From Utricularia gibba (Eukaryota > Plantae > Magnoliophyta), in NCBI GenBank assembly GCA_002189035.1, contig NEEC01000023.1, forward strand, positions 1 through 64,000: DNA of 64,000 nucleotides, written 5' to 3'. The notes beneath the pieces were generated by a model, which saw only the letters and a list, made by a program, of their open reading frames with translations, had not been told where the DNA came from and ran no database searches. A program made the translations under genes and the position numbers. Positions 25,077 through 37,858 of this stretch are shown in pieces. How positions within the stretch are numbered: position 1 is the stretch's first letter; each line of letters opens with the position of its first letter.

Positions 25077-25694
25077 TTATGAAACCAGACCGCATCCCAA
25101 GCAGTTAAGACAACGTTGAACCCTGCAAGAAACCAAAACAGCAAACACCATCAAACGACTCCTTTATTGCCTCATCTCTTTTCAAGAAGTTCAACTCAAA
25201 AATCACTTACTTGAATCCATCACAAGTCGGACAAACGCAGGGGTGTATGAAAATGGGATCATAGAGAGGAGACCAGCGTATACTCCCATTGCCATTGCAC
25301 AACTTGCACTTGTAGTAACCAATAGCTTGACACTTATTGCAGGGCTCACCATGCTTTTTCTGTAATACAAGTTAACAACATCTGCGGTTGCACGATTCCG
25401 AGCACATCAACAAAAAGACCCAAAGCTCGTTTATAGAAGACACCATTCGGTGCAAAATGGAAGGAAATACACTCTACCCTTTTAAAAGGTGATCAAAATG
25501 TTAAAACCCTTCAGCACCTGCTACTTCGTTCTGCTTATTCCTTTCAACCCAACCGCCCCACTACATGAATTTCATACCTTGTGGTGTTGGTTAACCCGTT
25601 CAGAAATGGATGAGGCCATGAATCCGACGGCAAATGTTCCACCAACGAGTGCAGCCGCAGTCGCCGCTACGGCGCGCAAGACATCAGAAGCCAT
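25077..25694 (-). CDS. Small DnaJ-type cysteine-rich zinc-finger protein (~103 aa, no J domain), 3 exons; absent from the ORF track
   Basis: Manual splicing gives MASDVLRAVAATAAALVGGTFAVGFMASSISERVNQHHK|KKHGEPCNKCQAIGYYKCKLCNGNGSIRWSPLYDPIFIHPCVCPTCDGF(K)|VQRCLNCLGCGLVS*. It has four CxxC(xGxG)-type repeats and GT-AG junctions in matching phase. Confidence 0.88.
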
Positions 25695-26659
25695 TTACTT
25701 CATACATCACAAACGATCAAATCCCCTTGAGAGTTCTGTTTCACCGTCCGCGCCCGATCCATTTCCCTACAAAACCCGTCCGTCAAACGGAAGGGAAAAC
25801 CATCACGTGGCCTCACGTGCGACGCATATACTCAACAGAATTCGGACCGGGGCTCCATGTTGCAGTTGTCGTGAAGTGTTTTAAAATATGGATTTTTTAA
25901 TTGGTAATTAGATTATTTTCAATGGAAACTCATAATTTTCGTCAATATTTTAAAATTGGAAAGTAGATGAAGATTTTAATTTTAATTTTAATTTTTATAA
26001 TAAATATAATTAAACATTATTAAAAGTTAATATACTCAATTCAATTCATTATAAAAAGAATTTAATTCAAATATATTAATAAATCAAAAAATGAGTTAAA
26101 ACTTGTTTTTAAAACATTGAATTCGAATTGAGAAGTCTTGTTATTGTAAGAATAGGGAAGCCTTCACATTCATAATGATTGTATATAGTAAATATTGAAA
26201 TTTATTATTATTATTATTATTTTCTGCATGATATAAATAAAAGTATATTACACTACTTCTAATATTGATTTTTTTCATACACACATAAAATGAGTGTGAT
26301 TATTTTTTCAAATACACAAAAAATGAGAAAGTATTCTCCAAAATCACTCCAATTCTCAAGCCTTGAAAAAACCATCCAAATCAAACCTTGAGAACAGAGC
26401 AAGTTGCTAAAGAATATGACATTGAAGCAATCCACAACGTGAAAAGATGGGTATTTCACAATGAGCCAGTTGCATTTTATTTCATTTTGGGTGTATACAC
26501 TTAAATGAGACAGCTATTTATTTTTCTGGTCTTGGGGTGAGGGACATGGGCACTTGTTTTATTTAAGAACAAATCTTGCAGTCGATGTGGGATGAATTGA
26601 TATGCAACCACCGACATCTTCTCTCTTTACCCTAAAATTCGCCCAATATTGGAGACTAA

Positions 26660-26972
26660 AGGTATGTTCTAGAAAATTTTTAGAACTTATTTTTATTTTT
26701 GAAAAATAAAAAGTAAAAAGAAAAATAGTTTATAAAAATAGAAGTAAAAATGGGTGTTCTAGAAGTATAAATTTTTTTATGAATTTATATTGAAAAATAG
26801 AAATAGAATACAAAAATAGCCCATCTCTACTTTTTCAAAAACTATTTTTAAAGGTAATACCAAAAATATTTTTATTAAAAGTAGAAATAAAAATAAGTGT
26901 TATTCTGGATTAAAATTATTTTTACTTTTCCAAAAATAAAAATAGGTTATAAAATTTTTCTAAAACACATCT
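26660..26972. mobile_element. Tourist-like (PIF/Harbinger) MITE, 313 bp
   Basis: TAA target-site duplication at 26657-26659 and 26973-26975. The left end aggtatgttctagaaaatttttagaacttatttttatttttgaaaa matches the reverse complement of the right end agatgtgttttagaaaaattttataacctatttttatttttggaaaa over ~45-50 bp. The interior is AT-rich and noncoding. Confidence 0.8.
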
Positions 26973-28263
26973 TAATAGTCATAATATTTTTTATTTTTTT
27001 ATTAAAATAAATAATTTAATATTAATATATTAATATGATATATTCATGTATGCAATAAATTATATATTACTAGTAATCAATTGGTTTTTATATTTTTGAA
27101 ATGTAATTTATACCTCTTATGTACTTAGACTTTATATGTGCTCATCTAATCTATTGGATTATTACGATATTGTTTAGAAATAATTAAATTTACCTCTGAT
27201 TAAAAGAATAATAAAATTAATATTAATGCAAGAGCTCAGGGAATATGCTGTCCACAAGAACGCACATTGGGTCCTGATCGGTGATGGCCCCTCGGTACAG
27301 CTGTGCCACTTTTGAGCCACACATTTTTCAAATATCCAAAAATAGTAGTGCATTCATTTACACACAATAAATCCCAAGCTATTTTCGTATATTCTTTAAA
27401 TTCAGTTTTTTAAAATATAAATATAATTGAATTGAAATCATTATGAATGTATTATAAGAAATAAAGATAATTTTTATTATTTGTATATTTGATATTTAAT
27501 ATTTAAGATGGAGAACGATATTTAATTTTACAAATTTTTGACATTTGATTGATTGGTCTGTATGTTATAATATTTATGTAAAGGTCTGATTAGAACGTTT
27601 TTGGCATTTAAATTTTTTTTAAAAAGAAATTATATTATTAAAAAGAAATGGTTTATATTCTAACACGATAAAATCTAATATTATTTATTATTTTTAATTA
27701 ATTCTTGATAATCCTCTCAATCTACGCTACACGTATTACAAAAATACTCTAATTATAACGTACAATACATGACATGATATATTAAAAATATAAAAAGTAT
27801 TATTGTAAATTTAAATTATTTTAATATTCATGACTATCGTATTGCTATAGTAATTTATTACGTATTTACACAGTGTCGTATTAATTAATGTGTATTAGGT
27901 ATTCAACCTCAAGTTAAGTGATCATCTGGAATGTTTTTAATTATAAAACACTGTTTTATGAAGGTTGTGGAGTATGAAATTGAAACTGGAAGGCTGAAAG
28001 GAGGGAGGATTTACAGTTGACCTAACAAGGAAAGTAGCAAGCAAATTAGATTTAAATACATGTTATATGATTTGATTTCATTGCGACAGCCGCTTTTGCT
28101 TGACTAGTTGCTCTATAAATGCGGTATGTTGGGGGCAGCTGGTCCTTGCCCTCTTCATTTTCCTCAAGGGTGGTTGTTGGTTTGGCAGCGGAAGCTGCTG
28201 CTATCTCGAAGAAGGGATAGGAGGGTCTTTGCTTTGCGTATTTAAGTAAAGCATTGCAGGGAG

Positions 28264-29871
28264 ATGGAGAGACGGAGAGGGTGTGTGCTGAAGAGAAACA
28301 GGTTTGTGGGTATGGATGAGAAGAAGAAGAACCAGGAAGAATTTTGCTGCAGCGAGAAGAAGGGTAATGGGAGGAAGAAGGGAGTTGAGAAATACCCACT
28401 TTTGTCCTTCAACGAGTTGCCGGATTATATGAAGGATAATGAGTATATATTGAAGTATTACAGGGTTGATTGGCCCATCAAAGAAGCCTTCTTCAGCTTA
28501 TTCCGATGGCACAATGAGACGCTCAACGTTTGGACGTATGCTTTGCTTCCGTTCTTCTTTTTTTCTTTTTTGAATTTGTTGTTTCTATGCTGCAGTTGGG
28601 TTATTATAGTTGATTGTTTGCAGGCATTTTCTGGGTTTTTTGGTGTTCGTGGGATTGACAATTGCCCATCTCGTGAGCGTGCCTCAAATGGCGGATTTCA
28701 TCACAATCATTACTGGGTATGGTTCATTCCGTATTCTCCCAGAATCTTTTGTGCTGAGATTTTCGCATTCCGCATTTCGAATTCGAGATTTGGACTAGAT
28801 CTGCCATTAGCAACGTGGGTGTGTCTATTTCCGGGGAGATTCATCCAAGTTCGTAATGGAATAGATTTCATGATAACTGCACTTTTCAATTCAGTTGAAT
28901 CTCTGAAGGCATATTCCATTCACCTGATCTAATTGTGGACTCAACAAATGCTTTATGTTCATAGTAGAATCGAAGCTTTTGGTGTAACAAGCTCTTCTGT
29001 TAGAACACCCTCCTGTTTCCTGGAATGGTTTTCAGCAATGGTTGTGTTCGTATTGACGAATTTCTTTGCGTTCTCCGCTTCAGGCATTTTCCATCGAGTG
29101 CAGAAGCCAACATCTCCAAGGATTTTTCTCTGGTTGGCATATTCTTCTTCTTCAATTGTCTTGCTCCACACTTGTCCCCAGATGGTGCTTTGAAATCTTA
29201 ACGCTCTGGCACAGGGACAGGTGAAACTGAAGGAACAAAGCTTGGAAATGGACATGAACTCCACTGATCCAACAACCTGGCCTTTCTACATCTTCCTCGC
29301 TGGCTCCATGTTCTGTCTCCTCACAAGCAGTGTCTGCCATCTCTTCTGTTGCCACTCCCAGAAACTGAATCTCCAGCTTCTCCAATTCGATTATCTCGGA
29401 ATCACAGTCATGATAATCACCTCCTTCTTCCCTCCCATATACTACATCTTCCAATGCACCCCTCATTGGCAGATCACCTATCTCACAGGCATCACAGTTC
29501 TGGGTTTTTTCACCATCATCACCTTGCTCTCCCCATGCTTTTCCACCAGCAAGTATCGCTGGTTCCGCGCCTCGCTCTTCGTATCCATGGGACTGTTCGG
29601 CCTGATCCCTGGAATCCACGCCCTGGTACTCCAATGGCATGATCCCCACAGAAACATCGTCTTGGCATATGAATCTGCCATGGCGGTTTCCTACTTGACT
29701 GGTGCTACTTTCTATGTGTTGCGAATACCAGAGAGATGGAAGCCCGGGTGGTTCGATCTCACCGGCCATAGCCATCAGATCTTCCATGTGTTTGTGGTGA
29801 TGGGAGCTTTAGCTCATTATGGAGCAGCGCAAGTGTTCTTGAGGTACAGAAGCAGCATCGCATGTGAATGA
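28264..29871 (+). CDS. Heptahelical transmembrane protein (HHP/ADIPOR, PAQR family), 4 exons, intact
   Basis: PAQR motifs YPLLSFNELPDYMKDNEYIL, FRWHNETLNVWT|HFLGF, WPFYIFLAGSMFCLLTSSVCHLF, DYLGITVMIITSF and IPERWKPGWFDLTGHSHQIFHVFVV. Confidence 0.92.
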
Positions 29872-31084
29872 TAGATACACACCTCTGGCAGGCCTTGTTC
29901 CACTTGTATTATGACAGATCCCCTTCCTTAAGCAAGCAACTCAATAAAACGAAAATACGCCATATCTGTAAACTGTGCATAACGCTTTCAAAACGGGGGC
30001 CAATGATCCAGAGCTCCATGAAAAACCACCATCTTCAAGTTTCATAAAAGATTATGAATTATTAGTAATTGATTGAGTTAAATTTTTTTAATATAATTTA
30101 TATTTATTATGTATTTAGATTCATCGGATTCTTAATTTTAACGATAACCACAACTAGAGCACATCATTACCGGGCGTCGGCCCCTTGTGTTCGAAAAGAA
30201 ACATACAGAGAGGAGAAGCAGCCTCAGTCATGTGGGATGGGCACCCGTTTGTGGCCTTAATTTGGCACATGCAATCCCATGTGCCCTTTCGGAAACCCCT
30301 CATTACCACACGCGGCTTCAACTGCAACTTGAGTCTGTACTCAGACAGTTGTGATTGGGTTGTAATGAGAGTGCTCATTATGCCCCCATATTTTTGTAAA
30401 AAAAGAAAACAAGAAAAAGTGTGGTGTCTAAATAGTCAGTATTTTAATCAGTGTTTTAAAAATCTTGATTATTAAATCCATTTTGTTCATAATAAGAATT
30501 TGATTAAATTCAAAATGTTTTAAATAAAAAATAATTTTTTATTCAATTGTAAGTCAATTATGATCACCAAGGGCTGCTATAATCACCAAAGGAAATTGAA
30601 GAATGTTAAACATAAATGCATCTAAGTCTCATTTAAAAATGAAAATAAAATAATTGAATATATAATCAATTATAAATTATTAATAATCAATTTTAATTTA
30701 ATCTTTTCTAATGTGATTCAGATTAGCTCATTTTACATTTTACACACAGTATCTTTAGTTTTAAGAGGTATAATACAAAAATATGAAAAATAAATTTGAA
30801 AAATGGTTGCGATATTGCCGAAGCTGAGTGCCACTTCGTCCCCGAGAAATATTGTCCACATACTTCCACCGTGGATATGCGGCTGCCGAGTGGCCATAGC
30901 ATGGGCATGGCATCCAACTATCCAACCATTTTTTGTTTCTGTTTTTGTTAGGAAGAATTGTTCCTGTTAAAATTCCATGGCAAATGAGCAAATTTAATCG
31001 AATTGGATTGCCCAGTTGACGCCGGAGGGAGTTTTGAGGATAATAGTGACGACAGTGATTTGGGTTTTTTTCGTTCTGGTAGCC

Positions 31085-34033
31085 ATGGCTTGTAGAGTCG
31101 CAGAATCGAGTTTCCTGTTCCTGGCAAGGAGCTTCCCCTTCGTCTCCTGATCGTTTTTTTAGCGGCATTGCCTTGTTGGAAAATGGTTGTTTATATGGTG
31201 TTTGCGGTGTTTTCAGGGACCCCAGAATAGGCGGACTGAGGGATGCAGGGTTTTCACTCTGAGTAAGCAGTTCAGCTTCATTTTCTTTGTTGGGCATCTT
31301 CGGTTTTTTTCTCATTCTCGTTACAAAATGGTTGTGAAGAGTAAAATTTGAACCAACTGGTATGAAATTGCTCATGTTTTGATTTGAAGACTTGACAGCG
31401 GTGCTAGGTCTAAGGCCATGAACGCTGAGTTCAGAGCTTGGTGGTTTGTGTTTTATCAGTGAATTCTATTTTAAGTGATGAGTGGATGTGTCATTGTCGA
31501 AAGAAAAACGTCTGTAATTGCCAACCTGTCTTGCTTGTGTAGTATGATGATGTTGCATTTTGGTTTTGATCGCAGGCACTTGCCCTTTGAAGTTGGAAAG
31601 CTTACCAAATAAGAGAAGAAAACAGAAACTTCTCCAATCATTCAGGCTGCAGAAAGTTGTGAAAGCTGTTGCCACTCCATTAGCCCCTTCGCAGAGAAAC
31701 AGTGAAGAGTATAGAAAGAAGTTATGTCAAGAATATGGCTTTCGGCAGATTGGAGAACCCCTTCCAGAGAATGTAACCTTAAGAGATATAATCGACACAC
31801 TCCCCAAAAAGGTTCATTTTGATTGGTTGCGTGTTTCAATCCGCTCTGAAGCAATTCCACATTCATCATCTAACTCTAATTCTGTGAAAGGTCTTTGAGA
31901 TTGATGATGTGAAAGCCTGGAGATCTGTATTGATATCTGTGACCTCCTATGCTCTTGGGATTTTTTCGATAGCTAAAGCACCATGGTATCTGCTTCCCCT
32001 AGCTTGGGCATGGACCGGAACTGCAGTTACTGGGGTTAGTGCCATAATTCTTGGTTTAAAGTAGAATGTTCCGGAAATGAAAGAAGATCTTATTGAAGAA
32101 TCTTGTTACATTACACACTGGATAATCATTATTCCCGTTATGCACTTATAGCCTGAGTTTTTTCTTGGTTTAAAGTGTTTCCCGTGTGAAGTTCTTTGTC
32201 ATAGGACATGACTGTGCTCACAAGTCTTTTTCACGCAACAAACTGGTTGAAGACATAATTGGAACCCTGGCTTTTCTTCCACTCATTTATCCCTATGAGC
32301 CATGGCGTTTTAAGCATGACAAGCATCATGCCAAAACAAATATGTATGCATCATACTTTACTTACTGAAAACTTTGTTGCTACTCCTTGTTGACTTACAG
32401 ATGGATCATTTGCATCAATTTGTATAGAAGCGTATGCTAGAACCTTTATGACACTGGGATCAACTAGAGTGTTAGGCTTGAGATGGTGAAATTCTTGTGA
32501 AATTTTAATACCAAGAAGAAAATGGTAAAAATGGAACTAGAGTGAATTACTGGTTCTTTAGATATGACAAAGCAAGAGCTCTCTTTGATTTTCCTGCTCC
32601 GCTGCTTCTGATCTTTTGGTTGCTTCTCCACTGTGTTACCGTAATGGTGCATAACAATGGATGATGTTATGCCTGATAACCTTTCTCTCACTTGCTTTGC
32701 AGGTTGTACGAGGACACAGCCTGGAATCCTGTGAAGAGAGAAGAATTCGAGTCATCTCCTCTTCTTCGGAAGGCAATTATCTTTGGATATGGCCCATTTA
32801 GACCATGGATGTCTATAGCTCACTGGTAAGGAATGTATTTTATGATGCTTTTCCTGAATGTGACCCTGTGTCTGATGTCCCTGTTTTTAAATAGGTTGTT
32901 ATGGCATTTCGATTTGAAGAAGTTCAGACCAAATGAGGTTAATCGTGTGAAGATTAGCTTGGCATGTGTATTTGCTTTCATGGCAGTGGGTTGGCCGTTG
33001 ATCATTTACCATACCGGGATAACAGGATGGATTAAGTTCTGGTTAATGCCATGGTTGGGGTATCATTTCTGGGTACTTCATTCTTTCTTTTTAAGTGAAC
33101 CATGCAGTGCATGTTTTTTAACTTTAATAACTTTATCTTTTAATGAAGCTCAGCTTTTTTCTGAAGTTGAGAATGGATTACTTCCAAGCATTCCTCAAAT
33201 ATCTTCTCAGGAATTTTTAGATATGCTATTGGCTGTTAAATGGCATGTTTTCTGTGTGATTTTCAGATGAGTACCTTCACAATGGTGCATCATACAGCCC
33301 CTCATATACCTTTTAAATCTTCGGATGAGTGGAATGCTGCTCAAGCACAGCTCAATGGAACTGTGCATTGTGACTATCCGGCCTGGTAATGTTTTCTTAT
33401 TTATTTATATCAATAGTACGAAGTTTTTCTGCTAGAACGTATCCTCTTGAACAAAGATAGAAAACCATTCGTTCATGACTTGCATAATTTCTTGAAAAGC
33501 TGTATGATATGATTTGGGAAAATCATTAACTGAATGTTGTTCTGATTCTGAGTTGCAGGATAGAGACTCTTTGTCATGATATAAATGTACACATTCCTCA
33601 TCACATCTCCCCCAGAATACCATCCTACAACCTGAGAGCTGCTCATCAGTCTATCCAAGAAAACTGGGGAAAGGTCCATTGACTCCCTTCTTTTTACGGC
33701 TGTCTGTTCTTGTGTTTTAGTGCACAAAAGCCGTTCTGAACATAGCATGATTGTTGAGGTTTTCAGTTTACATTTTCATGGATGTGTGATAAGAAACCTG
33801 TTTGCAGCAAAAAGGCTTTTTCTCTATGCATTTTCCGACTAAAGTAATTCGTTTTCTTAATGCTTTAACAGTACCTGAATGAAGCTACCTGGAACTGGAA
33901 GTTGATGAGATCCATACTCACAGTCTGCCATGTTTACGACAAGGATCGGAACTACATCGCATTTGATGAACTAGCTCCTGAAGATTCACAACCTATCAGA
34001 TTCCTTAAAAGAGTTATTCCTGATTATGCGTGA
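31085..34033 (+). CDS. FAD6: Plastid omega-6 fatty acid desaturase, 10 exons, intact; intron 1 is GC-AG
   Basis: His boxes GHDCAH, HDKHH and HIPHH; [16 protein letters not shown]; [17 protein letters not shown]. All exon phases are consistent. Confidence 0.95.
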
Positions 34034-34476
34034 ATTCTTGATGCTGCCATCTACTGTTCCGGCTGAAATCTCTCCTTAGGCACCTCACCATTCTGCCCGA
34101 GCTTGCTGGATACTTGTTGCAGCAAGTGTTGGGTGACAAATTTTCAAATACAAGATTTTTTTCTTTCCCCGAATCTCTCCTGCTTTTTCATTGTTTCTTG
34201 GTAAATTGCCAAGGTACACGTAGCAGCAACTCCCCCTGGCTTTTTTTTTTGTGAGGTGTGTTTTGGATGTCATACGAACTTTTGATATACTTGCAAAAGA
34301 AAATAAGTGCAGCAGAACAGCACAAGTCTCTTCCAAAGGCACTCAGTTTCACTTGTTCAGAGAGTGCTAGGAAGTGTAATTCGCTTGCATGAATGACAAG
34401 GATTTGCGTTTATGAACGTAAACAGAGGATGAATGTCACAACAACAAATAAGTGAACACTTTCGATGGTCTTCAGT

Positions 34477-36069
34477 TCATCTGTACTCTTGGAAGTTCAC
34501 ATGCCCTGTTGCTTTTGCATGCTCCACTGCTTCCTGAAACATGAAAAGACATAAATGGTGCTTGTGGAATTTTGAAACTGACAAATGGAGGAAGAAAAGG
34601 AGGGTGATGGGAACCTTTTGTCCTATTACTCCAATTTGGCAAACGCCACACCGCAGGGTGAAGTTGGAGGTGTCTGTGTAACTTCTCCTCCTGAAAATAG
34701 TGTAAAGAATTACCATATGATCTAAATCATATAGCCTGATGCTTATTCCTCAAGGTAGGTGTTATTGGGGGGCACCATCAACGTTGTTCAAGCGATCCGA
34801 CAAAGTTATTTATATGGCCTGAGAAAAGCATGGATTACCTATGCTGATCCTTGACCAAATCAAGGACTAGTTGTTCAACAGGGCCAACAGTACCATCATC
34901 TCGCACCGGAAATATGGTCTGGTCAAATTCTTCTGGAGCCTCTTGAAATGGTGAAATCTATTCAGGCACTCGCACAATAGATTATTTTTAACACTTTTGT
35001 CCTGGATGAAAAACCTTTCATTTGATCTAGAGTATAGCTACTTAACCAATAAGATCTAAGATCCATATTCCCATAAGAAACACGAAAACTACAAGAATCT
35101 AGACACATAAAGTAGGAGCAAAAGATTGGTAAGGTGAAACAGGAAACTTACTGCCAAAGCATCATAGTGAATTCCATCATAGAGCAGCATTACTCTTTCC
35201 TTGAAGCTCTTTCCCTGAATAGCGAAAGCCAATGAATCAGTAGTGATATGGCATCAAGAATTATCTACGAAAAACACACAGAGACTTAATTCAAGACCTG
35301 CCCATACAAATCACACCGTGTAGTTTGAATATCATAAGCTGCAATTTCACGTCCATAGTACTCCGCTAATATGGATAACTCAATAGCACCTTCAGAGTAC
35401 AAAAAAACATACATATATGGTTTCAGGAACGTAAGGTGATACAGAGAAGAATGGGATCAGAAAATATTTCTGAATCCTTAGTAGCAGCACACACAGGCCA
35501 AATAGTGAAGTATATAGGAGGAATATTTAACATGTAATAAGCTGGTATATTATCCCTGGCATGCCAACTAAAAGAAACAGAAAAAAACATGAGAACATAT
35601 CAACTATGTAAGAGACTAAATCTACGCTAACCTCCCCACTTTTCGGGGTTAAGTATCCACGCTATGTATTCTTCATTAGTCTTTCCAAGGAAGGCCTCAG
35701 AGTACTTCTCTAGATCACTGGCAACAGTTGCAGCAATAACCTTCACGGTTCAAAATCACTCCATTTCACGTTCGATAAAAGAAACGAAGGTTTGCAGATG
35801 AGTGAAAACACGACTGATGTTCCGGAGAACCTCTTCTTGAAAAGATTAGAACTTGAAATGGTTCATACCTGCCGAAGCCCTGGAGCCTTCGCTTTGTCGT
35901 GGTCCATGACATACCTTCAAAAACAGGAATACATCATTGAAAATAGAAAATAATGCGTACTGAAAAATACCCAAATGAAATGATAACCATCGAAGCATAC
36001 ATACCCAACTGCATTAAACAAGCAGCTGTTATCTGAAGGAATTACTCTTCTTACTACAACACCTTCCAT
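34477..36069 (-). CDS. OTU2: OTU-domain deubiquitinase, OTU2/YOD1-like, 8 exons, intact
   Basis: [52 protein letters not shown] and the C-terminal Zn finger [16 protein letters not shown]|[18 protein letters not shown]. Confidence 0.93.
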
Positions 36070-37858
36070 TCAGAATCTGAAAACAGCACTCCTTGGTTTA
36101 CTTCAATACAAATTCAATCTGAAAAAAAAAAAAGCACACCTAGCCTGCCATACGGGTGAACAGTTCTTTAGAAAAAAAAAAAAAAACCACATCGATGCAC
36201 CGGATTACAAACAAATTAAAAAAAAAAATGACAACGAAAAGAGAAGGAGAATCGGTTGGTACATCAAGCAACCGCAAGAACATCAACTAGATTTCTTCGT
36301 AACCTCAGATGAAAGAAAACCCGAAAAGGAAAGGGGCACCGAGCGGTACGGCCCAATAGGATCATCTTATTCAATTTAATTTAATAAAAAATATTCAATT
36401 GTTTGTTTATTTAATATTCAAAAATATTCATTATCATATTTTTTAAATCACCATCTTTTGTTTATTTATTTTATATCATGATGAATTGCAAACCAAAATA
36501 CCTAATTTGATAAGGAATTTTTTCAACCATAATATTAATTAATAATAAAAAAATAAGAGAAATTAATAATTAATATTTTTAGTACTTTATATTGAAAATG
36601 TCATCTAAAAATATTTCCTTTACTTATTTTCTTTAATTTTACATCAAGTTCAGGTTAACTAAGATATCTCATATTAGTTACGAATGAGAAAATGAATGTA
36701 ATTAAATAAAGAAATTATTCTAATTTTGTAGAAATTTTTATTTGGAAGACGATAATATAAAATCGTAAAGATTATGTAAGTTTTTATAATAATTAAAACT
36801 AATAAATGCACAAATAATGTAACCAGATTCGTGGTTAGATTTAAACTCTGGTTAAGGTTAGTGTGGGGCAACTGGAGTTAGTTAACTCTATTCAACTGAA
36901 TGGCTTTCCTTTAAAGTGTGACAGAACCCTAGGCCAGTGCGCAATTTTAATTTTAGGTGTTCTGGACGGATCGGAATTCCTCGTCGATGTTAAGTTTTGA
37001 CTTCAAAACTTTGCACTCGTCTTTACCAATTTGTAAAGCGGTAGATTTCTGCAGCTGGCGCAGCTTCCGATACCCCGGGAGGTAATATTTCTTTTTTTGA
37101 TATCCAACTTAATCGGAATTTGATGATAAGCGTGGGGTTGGTGAACTAGATGCAAATGTGAATTCAAAACATGGATTGTGAAGGTTTTCGTTGGTTGGTC
37201 GTATATCATATTTGTTGTTAGCTTTTTGAGTATGTTGTTCGTGGGTGTGATGTATGTTCCTTTTGTTTTTATTTTCGGTTAGTTTTAACATTTTACTGCT
37301 AGTATGTATTTGCTCTTCACTTCAGATTCAGAGGTGTATTGTTTCATTTCATTTCCTACTCCTACCTTCAAACTGTTCTTGATGATGCATACCATCATTC
37401 AGTAGGGGCTGCTTTTTGATGGTGGTGCTATGAATAAAGCTGGGTCTCTGATTGTTTATAATTTTCTGTTCCCTCTTATTCGTTAAATGTGCATTGATGC
37501 TTGACATATATCTTTTTGATTCAGTATGGTACTTGTAAAGGAGTATGGCGTCATTAATTTTGTAATGTGTAGATTCACTTGCACAGTGACGGCAATCGAA
37601 GTACTGTGTCTCCTTTTATCTACATGTTGGTGTTGTTATTATTGTCTGGTTAGATTTCTATGATGCAATATAACTGAACTTCATTTGTTAACCAGGCATT
37701 TTATGAGTAGGTTGTGAAGGTTCTCCTCTGTATTGGGGTTGTCCAGCGCTTCATCTTTTTGACTATCCTCATATTTTTATTTGGTGATCACATGCTCGGC
37801 GAATTTTCTACTGTTAAGATTCAGACAGACATCCTGAGGAGATTTGTATTCAAAATTC

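Noticed and set aside
26107-26120. CA(A/G)TGTTTTAAAA hAT-MITE-like ends here and at 30449 and 63666
   Set aside because: No partner ends or 8-bp TSDs could be identified in very low-complexity AT-rich DNA.
30761-31375. 204-aa minus-strand ORF
   Set aside because: It is antisense to the FAD6 promoter, exons 1-2 and introns; it has no recognisable domain and its composition mirrors T-rich intron sequence.
35438-35450. 13-nt match to the U6 ACAGAGA box region (GATACAGAGAAGA)
   Set aside because: The flanks do not resemble U6, it lies within an OTU2 intron and there is no promoter; chance match.
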